Counted from the stretch's first letter, positions 11,414 through 25,372 are shown. The stretch: 64,000 nt of DNA from Octopus vulgaris (GCA_951406725.2 OX597816.1:23374001-23438000); one strand, 5' to 3'. Notes: generated by a model from the sequence alone, not told the origin. Numbers and translations: made by a program.

Positions 11414-13664
11414 TGTGTGGGGGGGCGAAATGAGGACAATTGTGTTGTACGCTGCCTGTGTGTGGGACTAGATTAGTCAGCGTGCTTTTGGTTCGAAGCG
11501 ATTGATTTGTAATACCTTGTTTGGATGGCTTCTTTTATCCATAAATTTCATATATTTCTCTCAGTTTTAATATTATTATAGATCCTTAGATTTATAACTA
11601 GTCTCATGACAAAGCAACTAGAAGAGTTCACCGTATTGGCAGGTGTGAAAATTTGTGTGAAAGATTATATTAGCTAATTCAAATATTTCATATTAAGCTT
11701 TGGAGCTTTTGCTTGGAATGGCAGAGGAAATATGCGTCTTGAGCGTTTTCTGAAGGAGTTTTAGACGTTAATCCTATCATGGATGAATGATTTTTGATAT
11801 TCTTGGGACATCATGAGAGATTGCCAAACAGCTTCTTGTTAGTTAACAAAATTCTGGGTTGCATTTACAGCGTGATAACTTTTTTTAAACATCATTGGAT
11901 GTCAAATGTTTCGTCTAACCGCTTGCGGAACTAATCGCTGGTGCAATTCCACTCCAGGGATGCAGTAGAATCGCGCCAGTGACCAAATAGTAAGTGATTA
12001 AGTGAAGGTAACACTATATATCATTTTCAATAGCTATAACTGTTTCACGACACCGTCGCAAGAAAAGAATATCGTTTGCCTAACAGATACACCTCCGACA
12101 CTGTGAAAATGTTTCACATTTCATTCATTACTTATATTTAATTACAGTTAATGTCAATTTTATCTGCTTTTAACTTATAGTAATAATTTCTTAGACGGAT
12201 AATAAGTAAGTGAAAAATTTATGTCTCTAAAAGTTCATGGTCTTCAGAATTGCGTTAGAATGTACTGGAAAGGAAATACCTGTAGTTGGCGATCGAAATA
12301 CGTTATACATTCATAGGAAATATTATTGATATATCGACGTTCCTTACCTCTTATTTGAAAGATATAGGCTGCACAGCATTCGGTGTTGAATGAATGATGT
12401 CCAAAAGACCCAAAGACAACAAATCAAATTAATTCTTAATACCTACAAACATATAGGTAAAACATTCTTCACGTTGTATGATATATTCGGTCTACAGTTT
12501 ATTTTAACATGTCCGACATAGCAAATGTACTTGCAAATTATGAATATAATATAGTCTTCTTTGATTGATAATAGTTCCACTTTCTCAAATAGTAGCTATT
12601 GAAGTTTTCCTTTAGATTATTCTTCTTCTATGGACTTCAAGATAAAGGATTGAGAATCAAATTACATTGATAAATATATTTACTTAAAACACATTCTTGT
12701 CTTCCGCACATTATTCATATTGTACCACATTACCAAACACACCGGCATTATAGATTTTTCTATAGAATTTATTTATTATCAGTATTCAATAATATTTTCT
12801 TATGACTTCCCAAACAAATTTTCTGATTCTTTTGAAAATTATGTTAATACTACAGGACAGCATTATAAAAGGCCTTTGTGTTTGTAAAAATTATTTCTGA
12901 AACAAAATTTAAACTTTTCACCTTTATATTTGTTTGGAATACTTTTCTTTTTACAATCGTGAAACGAAACATTTTCTTAACAGCAAATATAATGATGACA
13001 TTTAGAAATATTAATATTATAAATAAAGATTCGATCCTCCATTTCGTTTCCTTACGGCGTTAATGTAACTGACTTGCGTTAAAAGTCTTTCTTTTTATCC
13101 TCATTCTTAAATCGTTTATTGGATTAGATTCGTGATGTTAATAGAAATACTTGCTTAAAAATATTGAAGTCTACATATGAATAACATTATTTTTACATAA
13201 TTTCCTTACTATATACATAATATTGCCACGGCGGAATCCTTAACGATAGTTTGTAAGGAAATCTAACACATTATGTTTAATACAAAAGAAGACTTGAAAA
13301 TGCAATATACCTTTATTTAAGCGTAAAGTATTAATCAAGTGATTACAGAAAAAAATTCTTCAAAGCCCAAAATATAATTGTTCTTCGACATGACTGAAAC
13401 TTTAATAAGTGAAAATGGAATCAATACAAAAACTCGGCATATTTCTATATTCCTGGAAGATGATAGGAAAATATAATGAAAGAGGTTTTCGCGTGTATTT
13501 TTTATAGAGAAAATTTAGATGGAATATATTCGGCAATATATATATTTAGTGTATTTTTTTAAATGTTAAAATTGTTTTCTCTTCGATATTTACTCGTAAT
13601 GATGTATCCATACATATATAGATACACACACACACATATATATATACAATGATACATATATATA

Positions 13665-13703
<39 letters not shown>

Positions 13704-13801
13704 GTATGTGTACATACACATACATATACATACGTATACACACTCACCTACTTTATATACATGGATACGCAGATATACGTATATATATACATCTACATTT
13801 G

Positions 13802-13854
<53 letters not shown>

Positions 13855-14052
13855 TATTTATACATATATTTGTATGCATTTAAATATAGATATATACATA
13901 CATGCATACATAGACATATATGTATATATTTATACATATGAGTATATACACATATGTAGTTAGATACACATTTTGTATGTAGGCACACATAATCCTTAAT
14001 ACATATAAATATCTATATACATTTATATAAGCATGTACATATAATTATATGT

Positions 14053-14088
<36 letters not shown>

Positions 14089-14351
14089 ACATATATATAT
14101 ATATATACATACATGTATGTATGTATGTACGCAACTGCCATTACATATGATTGATTTTATTTCAGATTTATGATGTAACAACTTCAACCGCTCGTATTAA
14201 ATTTGAGCTAGCACTAATTTCTTCTCCGTACTCAATATTTTCTTTGAATTTGTTTAATGTATAACTAACATCAGCGTGAAATTACCGGTATGATATACCG
14301 CAAAACATCAATAACCTTTCATAATATATAATGGGTTCCCTTCTCGTGTTT

Positions 14352-14402
14352 ATTGGTCACGTGATATATCAAGTCTGCGCTTTCCATTTGGTCACATGAT
14401 TA
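14352..14402. promoter_or_regulatory. Possible CCAAT/E-box pair cluster
   Basis: ATTGGTCACGTGAT and TTTGGTCACATGAT ~35 bp apart in non-repeat sequence; motif match only. Confidence 0.2.
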
Positions 14403-14463
14403 GAATTTCTACTTTCTATTTCAATTTTTTCATTTCCCTATATTCTTCTCTCTCGCGCGCCTG

Positions 14464-14511
<48 letters not shown>

Positions 14512-15073
14512 TTCTCTCTCCTTCTCTCTTTTTCTGCTTCTTTGTATCCTTCTCTATCTACCTCTCTCTCTTTTCAACAGACGTATCTATTTTTCCCTGC
14601 TCCAGATATTTCTCTTTTCGTATCCTCCCTTCGTTGTTCATGTTATGTTATCTCACAGGTATAGGTGCAGGCATGCCTTTGTGGTTCAGAAACTTACATT
14701 GAAACCATGTAATTTCTGGTTCAATCCCTCTGAGCGACACGGACAAACCAATGCCTTCTGCGAGAATTTGATAGACGGAAACTGTGGAAGTTTCCCTCCT
14801 TCTCTTTCTCTCTCTTTCTCTTACACTCCCTCTCTAATACACACACATACACTTATACCATATGATTCTTTGTTTCTTCTCATTTTGAAACGTAAGAATG
14901 GGTTACACTCTCTTGTTCAATAGCTGCAAGTATCTAAGAAATATCTGTTTAACTTATATATTTGTTAATTTATTTTTCCAATATCTATCGTAAAGAACAT
15001 TTTTGCTCGTTATATCTACTGCAAGACTATGACATCTCTACACCAGTTTTGCAAATGAATAAATCTTATGATC

Positions 15074-15720
15074 TGTCAAATATAAGACACCTAACGACAC
15101 CGTTAAATATATGACACCTAACGACACCGTCAAATATATGACACCTAACGACACCATCAAATATATGACACCTAACGACACCGTCAAATATATGACACCT
15201 AACGACACCGTCAAATATATGACACCTAACGACACCGTCAAATATATGACACCTAACGACACCGTCAAATATATGACACCTAACGACACCGTCAAATATA
15301 TGACACCTAACGACACGGTCAAATATATGACACCTAACGACACCGTCAAATATATGACACCTAACGACACCGTCAAATATATGACACCTAACGACACCGT
15401 TAAATATATGACACCTAACGATACCGTCAAATATATGACACCTAACGACACCGTCAAATATATGACACCTAACGACACCGTCAAATATATGACACCTAAC
15501 GACACCGTCAAATATATGACACCTAACGACACCGTCAAATATAAGACACCTAACGACACCGTCAAATATAAGACACCTAACGACACCGTCAAATATATGA
15601 CACCTAACGACACCGCCAAATATATGACACCTAACGACACCGTCAAATATATGACACCTAACGACACCGTCAAATATATGACACCTAACGACACCGTCAA
15701 ATATATGACACCTAACGACA
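15074..15720. repeat. 27-bp minisatellite, ~24 copies
   Basis: Unit ATGACACCTAACGACACCGTCAAATAT, highly homogeneous; explains ORFs (MTPNDTVKY)n and (LTVSLGVIY)n. Confidence 0.97.
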
Positions 15721-16924
15721 GTAAGTATTTATTAACTCAGGAGGCTTGGCGTAGATCCCCCCTCCCCCCCCCAAAAAAAAACAGCAACTATGAAACCCGC
15801 GTGAAATCATACGACCTCCTTTCAAGGAGTGAAGATGAATTTGAAAAATGGCCATCGGGGCCTCAAGCTCATTCTCATTTTCTGCACTTTGCTATATGCC
15901 AAAGACTAAAACTCAAATCTTCCAAAAAAATTGCCTTCTTCGTTTCTAACAACCATTGACTCACTCCGATTCAAGCTAGATCCCTAAATATTACATCTGA
16001 ATACACAAAGGCAACATTCTATTCCTCTTCAGCGTCACAAATCTTTGAGACTTTATGTATTTAACATCATACAGTCTAGTCAATTCTCTATATCCAAACT
16101 TCACCCCGAACATTAGTGTCTGCATGAATGTAGATCCACCTCTTCTCATTAGTCACCTCCTCTCTCCCTTGGATATTGGTAATAATATTTCCATTTACTC
16201 TGGATTATAGTTTGTTCTTAACCAAATTCATCCCTTTGACACTTTTTTCAAATTCTTTGGCTTCCTTTATCAAAAACGTAACCCGTCCATAATTCTCATA
16301 ATTCTCGGTAACTTCAACATTTTCAACTCTCCTTAGCTTTCACACTCATCCCCTACTAATAGATTGTATTGGTGCAGAAAATGTATCCTTCGTAATTCTC
16401 AACTACTCACATTATCAAGTCTCATCTTTTTAATCCATCTCTGACAGACGAACAGTCATTCCAAACATCGTTAACCTCTTTCTCATTCACAAAAGCAATT
16501 GTCACTACACCATACAGTCTCTGCATGTTTAAAGTCGTCTGGCAACTGCTTTATGATTATGTCAAAAAGGGGAAAGAGGGCGACCAAGGCCAGGTTGTCA
16601 TCTTCAATAATGTAAGTTGCTGCCGTTGTTGTTGTCGCTAATAATGTTGCTGCAGTTGGTTTTTATTGCAGATTCTGTCAATCTTTTTGTTGCTGAAAAT
16701 ATTATTGTTACTCTTTTAACTTTAGCTTTGACGCTCAGACATGTTTTAGCCTGTCAGTTCTATCCAGGTCAAAGTTTACATCTTGCCATGCATCGAAGAG
16801 AGAACGTTTTTAAATCTACACCAATCTAATACATAATGAGCGAAGGCCTATCCCAGACGCTTAAATCTGGAACAAGCCATTTTGCCTGCACTCATTTAAT
16901 GTCTAACTATAAATGATCATTAGA

Positions 16925-17524
16925 AGGCGGCGAGCTGGCAGAAACGTTAGAACGCCAGGCGAAATGCTCAGTGGTATTTCGTCTGCCGTTACGTTCCGAG
17001 TTCAAATTCCGCCGAGGTCGACTTTGCCTTTCATCCTTCCGGGGTCGATAAATTAAGTACCAGTTACGCACTGGGGTCGATGTAATCGACTTAATCCGTT
17101 TGTCTGTCCTTGTTTGTCTCCTCTGTGTTTAGCCCCTTGTGGGTAGTAAAGAAATAGGTATTTCGTCTGCCGTTACGTTCCGAGTTCAAATTCCGCCGAG
17201 GTCGACTTTGCCTTTCATCCTTCCGGGGTCGATAAATTAAGTACCAGTTACGCACTGGGGTCGATGTAATCGACTTAATCCGTTTGTCTGTACTTGTTTG
17301 TCTCCTCTGTGTTTAGCCCCTTGTGGGTAGTAAAGAAATAGGTATTTCGTCTGCCGTTACGTTCCGAGTTCAAATTCCGCCGAGGTCGACTTTGCCTTTC
17401 ATCCTTCCGGGGTCGATAAATTAAGTACCAGTTACGCACTGGGGTCGATGCAATCGACTTAATCCGTTTGTCTGTCCTTGTTTGTCCCCTCTGTGTTTAA
17501 CCCCTTGTGGGCAGTAAAGAAATA
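16925..17524 (+). mobile_element. SINE family B: one head plus three tandem 184-bp bodies
   Basis: Head AGGCGGCGAGCTGGCAGAAACG; bodies start GGTATTTCG at ~16973, 17157, 17341; domain GCCTTTCATCCTTCCGGGGTCGATAAATTAAGTACCAG (Meta-domain-like); single TSD TATAAATGATCATTAGA. Confidence 0.92.
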
Positions 17525-17814
17525 TATAAATGATCATTAGAGTTATGCTTCGGCTCTCAGCGGTACTCCTTGGTAAAGATGGTCCCCTACAGTTCTTTCA
17601 GTAGAAGTTTCAGATAGTAAGTATTCTTCTCTAAGTGAAAGAAAATTACTGAGCTATCTTCAGTGTATTCAAGTACTACTTCTAAATGACGTTCGAGCCG
17701 AAAAGGAATCACTGCTGTTCAATAAACCTGGCGAAAGAGAGGTGAGATAGTCAGTTTAGAGTGGCCGGTTTATTGGCCTTCACTGAATGCGTAATCCTTG
17801 AGCAGAGACCACAA

Positions 17815-18178
17815 GTGGAGGCGCAATGGCCCAATGGTTAGAGCAGCGTACTCGCGGTCGGAGGATCGCGATTTCGATTCCCAGATTGGGCGCTGTGTGT
17901 GTTTATTGAGCGAAAACACCTAAAGCTCCACGAAGCTCCGGCAGGGGGTGGTGGCGACCCCTGTTGTACTCTTTCGCTCCAACTTTCTCTCACTCTTTCT
18001 TCCTGTTTCTTGTCCCCGAATTCCTACGCAACCACTGAGCCTGGATGCGCATTCATCCTTTCCGTCGATCCTCCCGGTGTCGGGGGTTGACCTGCTTTCT
18101 CTTCTGCGGGTCTTACGAATAGCAAAGGACCACGTTTCGGACTTCTCCCACTGGGACGAAGACCGCTTCGCTCAACAG
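17815..18178 (+). mobile_element. SINE family D head with alternative 3' tail
   Basis: 5' ~190 bp matches 10507/63541, then diverges. Confidence 0.75.
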
Positions 18179-20036
18179 CAACAGTATCAGCAACAGCAGA
18201 GATCACAACTGAAAGATAGGTTATATCTTTTACAGTTAAGGAAATTTGAGTGCGTCTTGGTAATTGTCCCATATTGTATTGTATGTACAATATATTATAT
18301 AATATTTTATTTTATTTTGTGATTCATAAAGACTACTGAAACACACCCTATAACGATTGACACATTGAAGGGTAAAGAAATGCCTGAAACGGTGCAACCC
18401 AAGATTTCTTAGTAATTGCTTTCAGTCTTCTACGTTCTGAGATTATCTTCCGAGAAGCTGCTATTCGCATTTCTTCAACTGAGATCAATAAATAACCAAT
18501 AAAGCTATCCAGTCAGGAGTGTGGTCAATAAAAAGAAGTGTCAATGCAATGCAAACCATCATTGGGAAATAGGTCATTCGATTTGTTTCTAATGCAAAAG
18601 ACTCCGATCAGAAACGTCTGTTATTTCCTCACTCCACAGAGTAATTTGGAGGTTTTGTTTCTTTGTCTATTTGTTTAGATTTTTTCTCTATTGTCTTCTG
18701 TCTAAACATGAGAAATATACGTTACGAATGATATGTTTTAACCACGGTCTCAAACAACCGCCATTGCGTATACGGCCAGAATAAATCTTTCTTCTTACTT
18801 GCTACTTTAATCTCTTCGTAATGTAGCAGAATTCTCGTTCATTTAATCTTCGTAAGCACAACTCAAGTCGTAAAATTGATAGTTAGACATTAGTTTTCAT
18901 TCTTTACGTTAGCAGAGAGAAAGCTACAAATCTTGTTTTCTAATCTCACACACCATTTTACGGTTTGCTTCTTTTATCGTCTGCTTTATTCAGTTGTAGT
19001 TTCATTTAGTTTTTCTTATATATGTCTTCTTTTATTTATCTCTGTGTTTATATTCATGTCATTCTTTTTATATTTTTCTCTTCTTATTTCTTTGTTAATT
19101 TACTTATTTCTTTATATCTTTATTTTAATTCATTTAGATTGCAAAAAAAGAAAACTTGTCAGTTTTCTTTTGCCATTTGTTTTCTGTTATTTGTATTTCA
19201 ATTTTCTTGTTTATATATTGCATTTTACATTTATCTATATTTACTGTTACTTTCATTTTATAATTTTTACCTAAAGTTCTTTTTTCTCCTAATTTATATT
19301 TTTGTATAAATTTGTCGATTTTTCTGATTTTTAATTATTCATCTTCATTCCCGTTTGTTTGTTAGTATAGATTTTATAGCTAATCACTGCTTAACGTTAC
19401 AACGAACTCCATATATCCATTTGCTGTGGTAGCAATTTTCTCGTCTCATCTCATACGTTAAAAAGCCATAAGTATTTTCCCTTATTGCTATCTACGATAA
19501 ATTGTTTTGCAGTTATTAATGGCGATGCATGGAATAAACTGTGGAACTATCACAATTGTCTATGTTTTATTACAACGCATCAGAATAATATGTCTGCAAT
19601 TTTTACCATTGACCCTTTTGTGTCAACTACAATATCAATATTATATTCCCCAAATAAGGAAAAAAAAGACAATATAAGCAAAACAATAATAGCCATAAAG
19701 TTAGAAAGCAAATTCGATATTATTAAATAACTGAAACAGACTCAACAAATAAGCATTTCTGCATGTATGTGCGTCCCAGCATATAGATATGCTTGTAAAA
19801 TATGAATGCTTACAGTGGACAATTTTTCCAATAATCTTATTCTAGCGTAATGTAGAATAAATAAAATTGTTAAGCATATAAGAGTCTGAGTGTGTGTATG
19901 TGACAGAGAGAGAAAGAGAGAGATAGAGAGAGTCTATATGTGTATGAATTTGTATGAGAATATTGCACATAAGTACGTATATATTTTGTGAATAAACTAT
20001 GCCTATAGATATGTATAAAGATAGGTACTTATACCA

Positions 20037-20088
<52 letters not shown>

Positions 20089-20275
20089 GCACACACACAC
20101 ATATATATATATATACTCGTATATACATATGTATATATATATTTAGATAGATATGCATGTATACATATATATGAAGATATATATATATATATAGATATAT
20201 ATATATATATATATATATACCCACCCACCCACTCACAAACATTCAATATATACATATACATATGTGTGTGTGTGT

Positions 20276-20315
<40 letters not shown>

Positions 20316-20318
20316 ATG

Positions 20319-20349
<31 letters not shown>

Positions 20350-20848
20350 GTATGTATGTATGTATGTATGTATATAGTGTCATGAATTTTAGACTTTTGT
20401 GTGTAACGTAAAGATCGCAGTGACTCTAATCGGCAAGACCAGTTTCAATTCTCAATAAAATTTGCTTCAGTTCAATCGGCGAAGACAACTCTAAATGGTA
20501 TAACAGCGTTACTATTACAAGACGTCGATCAGCGTTAACGTTAATGCTTAGTTATATGTTTAATAGGAAATGGTGATTAAGTTAGAGTGAAACAATAACT
20601 GTCTAAAGATATTTATGTTTATTCATATAATACTACTGTCAAAACCCTACCAATTTGGCGCTGCCTTTCGTATCTGCAGCATCAATTAAATGCGTCCTAG
20701 CGAAATATGGGGCTCACTTTAATCGACTGATATCATTCACCCCAAAAAGCCACGGCCTTACTGTAAAGTATTATAGAAAGATGTTTGATAATTCTCTCTG
20801 CCAGCTACGTGCATTCAGAAAGACTTTTAAAAATGATTTCTATTATAG

Positions 20849-21242
20849 GGCGTAGGAGTGGCTGTGTGGTAAGTAGCTTGTTTACCAACCACATGGTTCC
20901 GGGTTCAGTCCCACTGCGTAGCACCTTGGGCAAGTGTCTTCTAATATAGCCTTGCGAGTGGATTTGGTAGACGGAAACTGAAAGAAGCTCGTCGTATATA
21001 TGTATATAAATATATATATGTATGTGTGTGTATATGTTTGTGTGTCTGTGTTTGTCCCCCAAACATCGCTTGACAACCGATGCTGTTGTGTTTACGTCTC
21101 CGTATCTTAGCCGTCGGCAAAACAGACCGATGGAATAAGTACTAGGCTTACGAAGAATAAGTCCAGGGGACGATTTGCTCTATTAAAAGCGGTGCTCCAG
21201 CATGGCAGTCAAATGACTGAAACAAGTAAAATAGTAAAGAGA

Positions 21243-21243
<1 letters not shown>
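20849..21243 (+). mobile_element. SINE family A, near full length
   Basis: Head GGCGTAGGAGTGGCTGTGTGGTAAG, B box GGTTCAGTCC, internal microsatellite, tail GGTGCTCCAGCATGG..AAATGACTGAAAC. Confidence 0.9.
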
Positions 21244-21283
<40 letters not shown>

Positions 21284-21329
21284 CCATGTTGCGCAACTGA
21301 AATCTACAGGTTTTTTCATTCTCTCCTTA

Positions 21330-21738
21330 CTCCTTTACTCCTTTACTTGTTTTAGTCATTTGACTGCGGCCATGCTGGAGCACCGCCTTTAATCGAGCAA
21401 ATCGACCCCGGGACTTATTCTTTGTAAGCCCAGTACTTATTCTATCGGTCTCTTTGCCGAACCGCTAAGTGACGAGGACATAAACACACCAGCATCGGTT
21501 GTCAAGCAATGCTAGGGGGACAAACACAGACACACAAACAAACATACACATACATATATATATATACATGTATACGACGGGCTTCTTTCAGTTTCCATCT
21601 ACCAAATCCACTCACAAGGCTTTGGTCGGCCCGAGGCTATAGTAGAAGACACTTGCCCAAAATGCCACGCAGTGGGACTGAACCCGGAACCATGTGGTTG
21701 GTAAACAAACTACTTACCACACAGCCACTCCTGCGCCT
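21330..21738 (-). mobile_element. SINE family A, full length, tail-to-tail with preceding copy
   Basis: Reverse complement of the family A pattern. Confidence 0.9.
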
Positions 21739-21754
21739 TATTTTCTATTATTCC

Positions 21755-21882
21755 TTTCTTTTGAAGAGCGTAGGCTCGAAACATAAAAGACATTTCCATT
21801 TTTCCCTAGCGTCAAACTACTTCACTTGCTTGTTGTTCATACAACTGTCTTTGTCTTTTGTTTTATAATATATTTGAACTAT
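21755..21882 (+). mobile_element. Penelope-like terminal fragment with decayed minimal hammerhead
   Basis: CTTTTGA-A-GAGC-GTAG-GCTC-GAAAC-ATA-AAAG; resembles the minus-strand fragment at 56915-57065. Confidence 0.45.
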
Positions 21883-22040
21883 ATTCATAAAATTAGGATA
21901 AAAATCACGTTAGTGATTATTATCAGGTAGTCAACATGGAATAATAATTTGCAAATATCTATTGCTTATAAATTTTTATTCCTTGTTGACTACCTGATAA
22001 TAATCGCTAACGTGATTTTTATCCTTATTTTATGAATATA
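21880..22040. repeat. Inverted repeat, 71-bp arms (21880-21950 / 21970-22040), 19-bp spacer
   Basis: Arms are reverse complements with about 4 mismatches; followed by (TA)-type microsatellite. Confidence 0.9.
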
Positions 22041-22088
22041 TGTATAAGATGATCATACATACATATACATACATATACATACATACAT

Positions 22089-22157
<69 letters not shown>

Positions 22158-22546
22158 GAAAACTATTCACCATGTGCTTGGAGTACAAATACAGGTGAAC
22201 AGGCAAAAGAAACTTCATTTAGGAGTTATACTATGATTTAAATCTGTATGATTCGGCCCCATGCTACTTACAATTCTATAAATTCGGCTCGGCTGAGTCA
22301 AAAGTTTAAACAATAATACATGTAACACCCAGAGGTGGTGCGGGGTTCTAGATTTAGGGTAGCGAACACATTAAAAAAGAGGTGCCGTGACTCATACCAA
22401 ACAATTTTTAACTCATTTCTCTTATGTTATGCGAAATATTTCAATAGTTATAATATACATGTTTGTATTCTAAGTTCATTAATTTCATATTTCAGTAACA
22501 ATGTCATTATGTATAAAACTAACAAATACTCATATAGGTGTCACGT

Positions 22547-23172
22547 AAGGCGGCGAGCTGGCAGAAACGTTAGCACGCCGGGCGAAATGCTTATCGGTGT
22601 TTCGTCTGCCGCTACGTTCTGACTTCAAATTCCACCGAGGTCGACATTGCCTTTCATCCTTCCGGGGTCGATAAGTTAAGTACCAGTTACGCACTGGGGT
22701 CGATGTAATCGAATTAATCCATTTGTTTGTCTTTGTTTGTCCCCTCTATGTTAAGCCCCTTGTGGGCAATAAAAAAATAAGAAGCGTTAGTACGCCGGGC
22801 GAAATGCGCAGCGGTATTTCGTCTCCCGTTACGTTCTGAGTTCAAATTCCGCCGAGGTCGACTTTGCCTTTCATCATTTCGGGGTCGATTAAATAAGTAC
22901 CAGTTACGCACTGGGGTTGATATAATCGACTTAATCCGTGTGTCTGTCCTTGTTTGTCCTCTCTGTGTTTAGCACCTTGTGGGTAGTAAAGAAATAGAAA
23001 TAAGTAATTCGTCTGCCGTTACGTTCTAAGTTCAAGTTCCGCCAAGGTCGACTTTGCATTTCATCCTTTCGGCGTCGATAAATTAAGTACCTGTTACACA
23101 CTGGGGTTGATATTATCGACTTAATTCCATTGTTTGACAATCTATGTAAAGCCCCTTGTGGCTAGTAAAGTA
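22547..23172 (+). mobile_element. Tandem cluster of three SINE family B units
   Basis: Three repeats of the B-box/Meta-like/tail block. Confidence 0.85.
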
Positions 23173-23204
23173 ATATGTATTTAACAATACAGCTGACTTT
23201 AAAT

Positions 23205-23272
<68 letters not shown>

Positions 23273-23275
23273 TTT

Positions 23276-23812
23276 TTATTTTACTTGTTTCAGTCATTTT
23301 AACTGCGACCATGCTGGAGCACCGCCTTTAGACGAGCAAATCGACCCCAGAGCTTATTCTTTGTAAGCCTAGTACTTTATTCTATCGGCCTCTTTTTGCC
23401 GAACTGCTAAGTTACGAGGACATAAACATATCAACATCGGTTGTCAAGCGATGTTGGAGGGACAAGCACAGACACACAAACATATATATATATATATATA
23501 TATACGACGGGCTTCTTTCAGTTTCCGTCTACCAAATCCACTCACAAGGTTTTGGTCGGCCCGAGGCTATGGTAAAATATATGGTGAAAAATGGATCAGA
23601 AAAAATGTATTTCCCATTTCCTCTAACAAATACTAGCATAAAAATATGTTATTATTAGGGTCTTAAGAAATATATCTCAGTGAAGGTTACACAAAAGAAA
23701 CTTTTAAGCGCATTATACACCATGAAATGGGAATGAACCCGGAACCATGTTGTTGGTAAGCGAGCATCTTACCACACAGCCACTCCTGCGCCTATTTATA
23801 TACATATATACG

Positions 23813-23863
<51 letters not shown>

Positions 23864-23865
23864 AC

Positions 23866-23896
<31 letters not shown>

Positions 23897-23903
23897 CACA
23901 TAA

Positions 23904-23958
<55 letters not shown>

Positions 23959-24124
23959 TACGACAGGCTTCTTTCAGTTTCCGTCTACCAAATCCACTCA
24001 CAAGGCATTGGTCGGCCCGGGATTATAGCAGAAGACACTTGCCCAAGATGCCATGCAGTGGGACTGAACCCGGAACCATGTGGTTGGTTAGCAAGCTACT
24101 TACCACACAACCACTCCTGCGCCT
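23276..24124 (-). mobile_element. Cluster of SINE family A pieces (23276-23570, 23715-23792, 23960-24124)
   Basis: Each matches family A on minus; separated by (TA)n and unique sequence. Confidence 0.8.
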
Positions 24125-24125
24125 A

Positions 24126-24170
<45 letters not shown>

Positions 24171-24197
24171 ATTCATATATATACATAAAAATATACA

Positions 24198-24880
24198 TAA
24201 TTGTTAAACTGGATGTCAAACATTAAGACATGGCAAACATCTTAAGTCATATACAGTATTATTATAGGAAGAACTTACAGCTGTTTCTGGGATATCCTCG
24301 AGTATGGGATATACCGTCATCAGAGACAAATTGGGGAAAATAATATGGAAAATGAGGAAGGTATATATGAATAAGATGACAACATAGAGGAAGTGGAGTA
24401 AAAGAATAAGGAAATAGAAAGAGACAAGAAAAAAGAGGCATAAAAGTATATAGTCCAACTTTGTGAAGAAACCAAAGCATGAGTCCTTAGGCGTAATCCT
24501 GCGTATATCCATGAGTGTACGCCTTTAGGTGCAATTCTGCGTATATCCATGTGGGTTGAATGAACGTTGATATGTTCACGTCTTTTTCTTGGGATGTCTC
24601 TGGTGACGGAAGATCCCATACTCGGGGATATCCCAGAAACAGCTTTAAGATTTTGAATTTCTTTCAGTAATAATATTGTATACGACTTGAGATGTTTTCT
24701 TTTTACTTAATTTTTGACGTCTTGTTTAATAATTATATATCCGTTGCATCGGAAATCTGCAATGGCTCCAAAACTACCGCCTCGGCTGTTACCTTGGAGC
24801 CCTAGTAATCCGTTACAGCACTTACCTAGCGTACCTAATCGTTTAGATCACATGTGAACTACCCCCCCCATATTTAGTAC
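24198..24880. mobile_element. Older fold-back hammerhead element (arms ~24198-24328 / ~24595-24735) plus tail
   Basis: Diverged inverted arms; minus arm TGTCT-CTGATGA-CGG..CCA-GAAAC-AGCT-GTA-AG; plus arm CTGGTGA..GAAAC-AGCT-TTA-AGAT; microsatellite flanks. Confidence 0.75.
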
Positions 24881-24924
24881 ATACATACATAGATACACAC
24901 AGACACATATATATATGTATGTAT

Positions 24925-24974
<50 letters not shown>

Positions 24975-25074
24975 CATATATATATATATATATACATACA
25001 TATATATATCTATCTCTATATTTATATATACATACATACATATATATATACCTATATATCTATCTATCTATCTA

Positions 25075-25132
<58 letters not shown>

Positions 25133-25256
25133 CTGCTCGATTAGCCAGCGGGGTGGCGTCATTTGAAGGCTAAAACAATGCGAAGCGCATTGTGACCAGC
25201 GATATGTAACAACATCTGATAACCTGGTCGGTCACGGTGTTCACGGTGATATATAC

Positions 25257-25369
<113 letters not shown>

Positions 25370-25372
25370 TAT

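Noticed and set aside
14150-14240. Strong acceptor-like TTTTATTTTCAG as the start of an exon
   Set aside because: No matching donor or recognisable peptide; cannot be supported without transcript data
18360-18400. TGAAGGGTA..TGCCTGAAACGGT hammerhead-like fragment
   Set aside because: Core CTGA absent and flanking stems unsupported
18933-19309. Hydrophobic F/L/I-rich ORFs resembling membrane proteins
   Set aside because: T-rich low-complexity DNA open in overlapping frames
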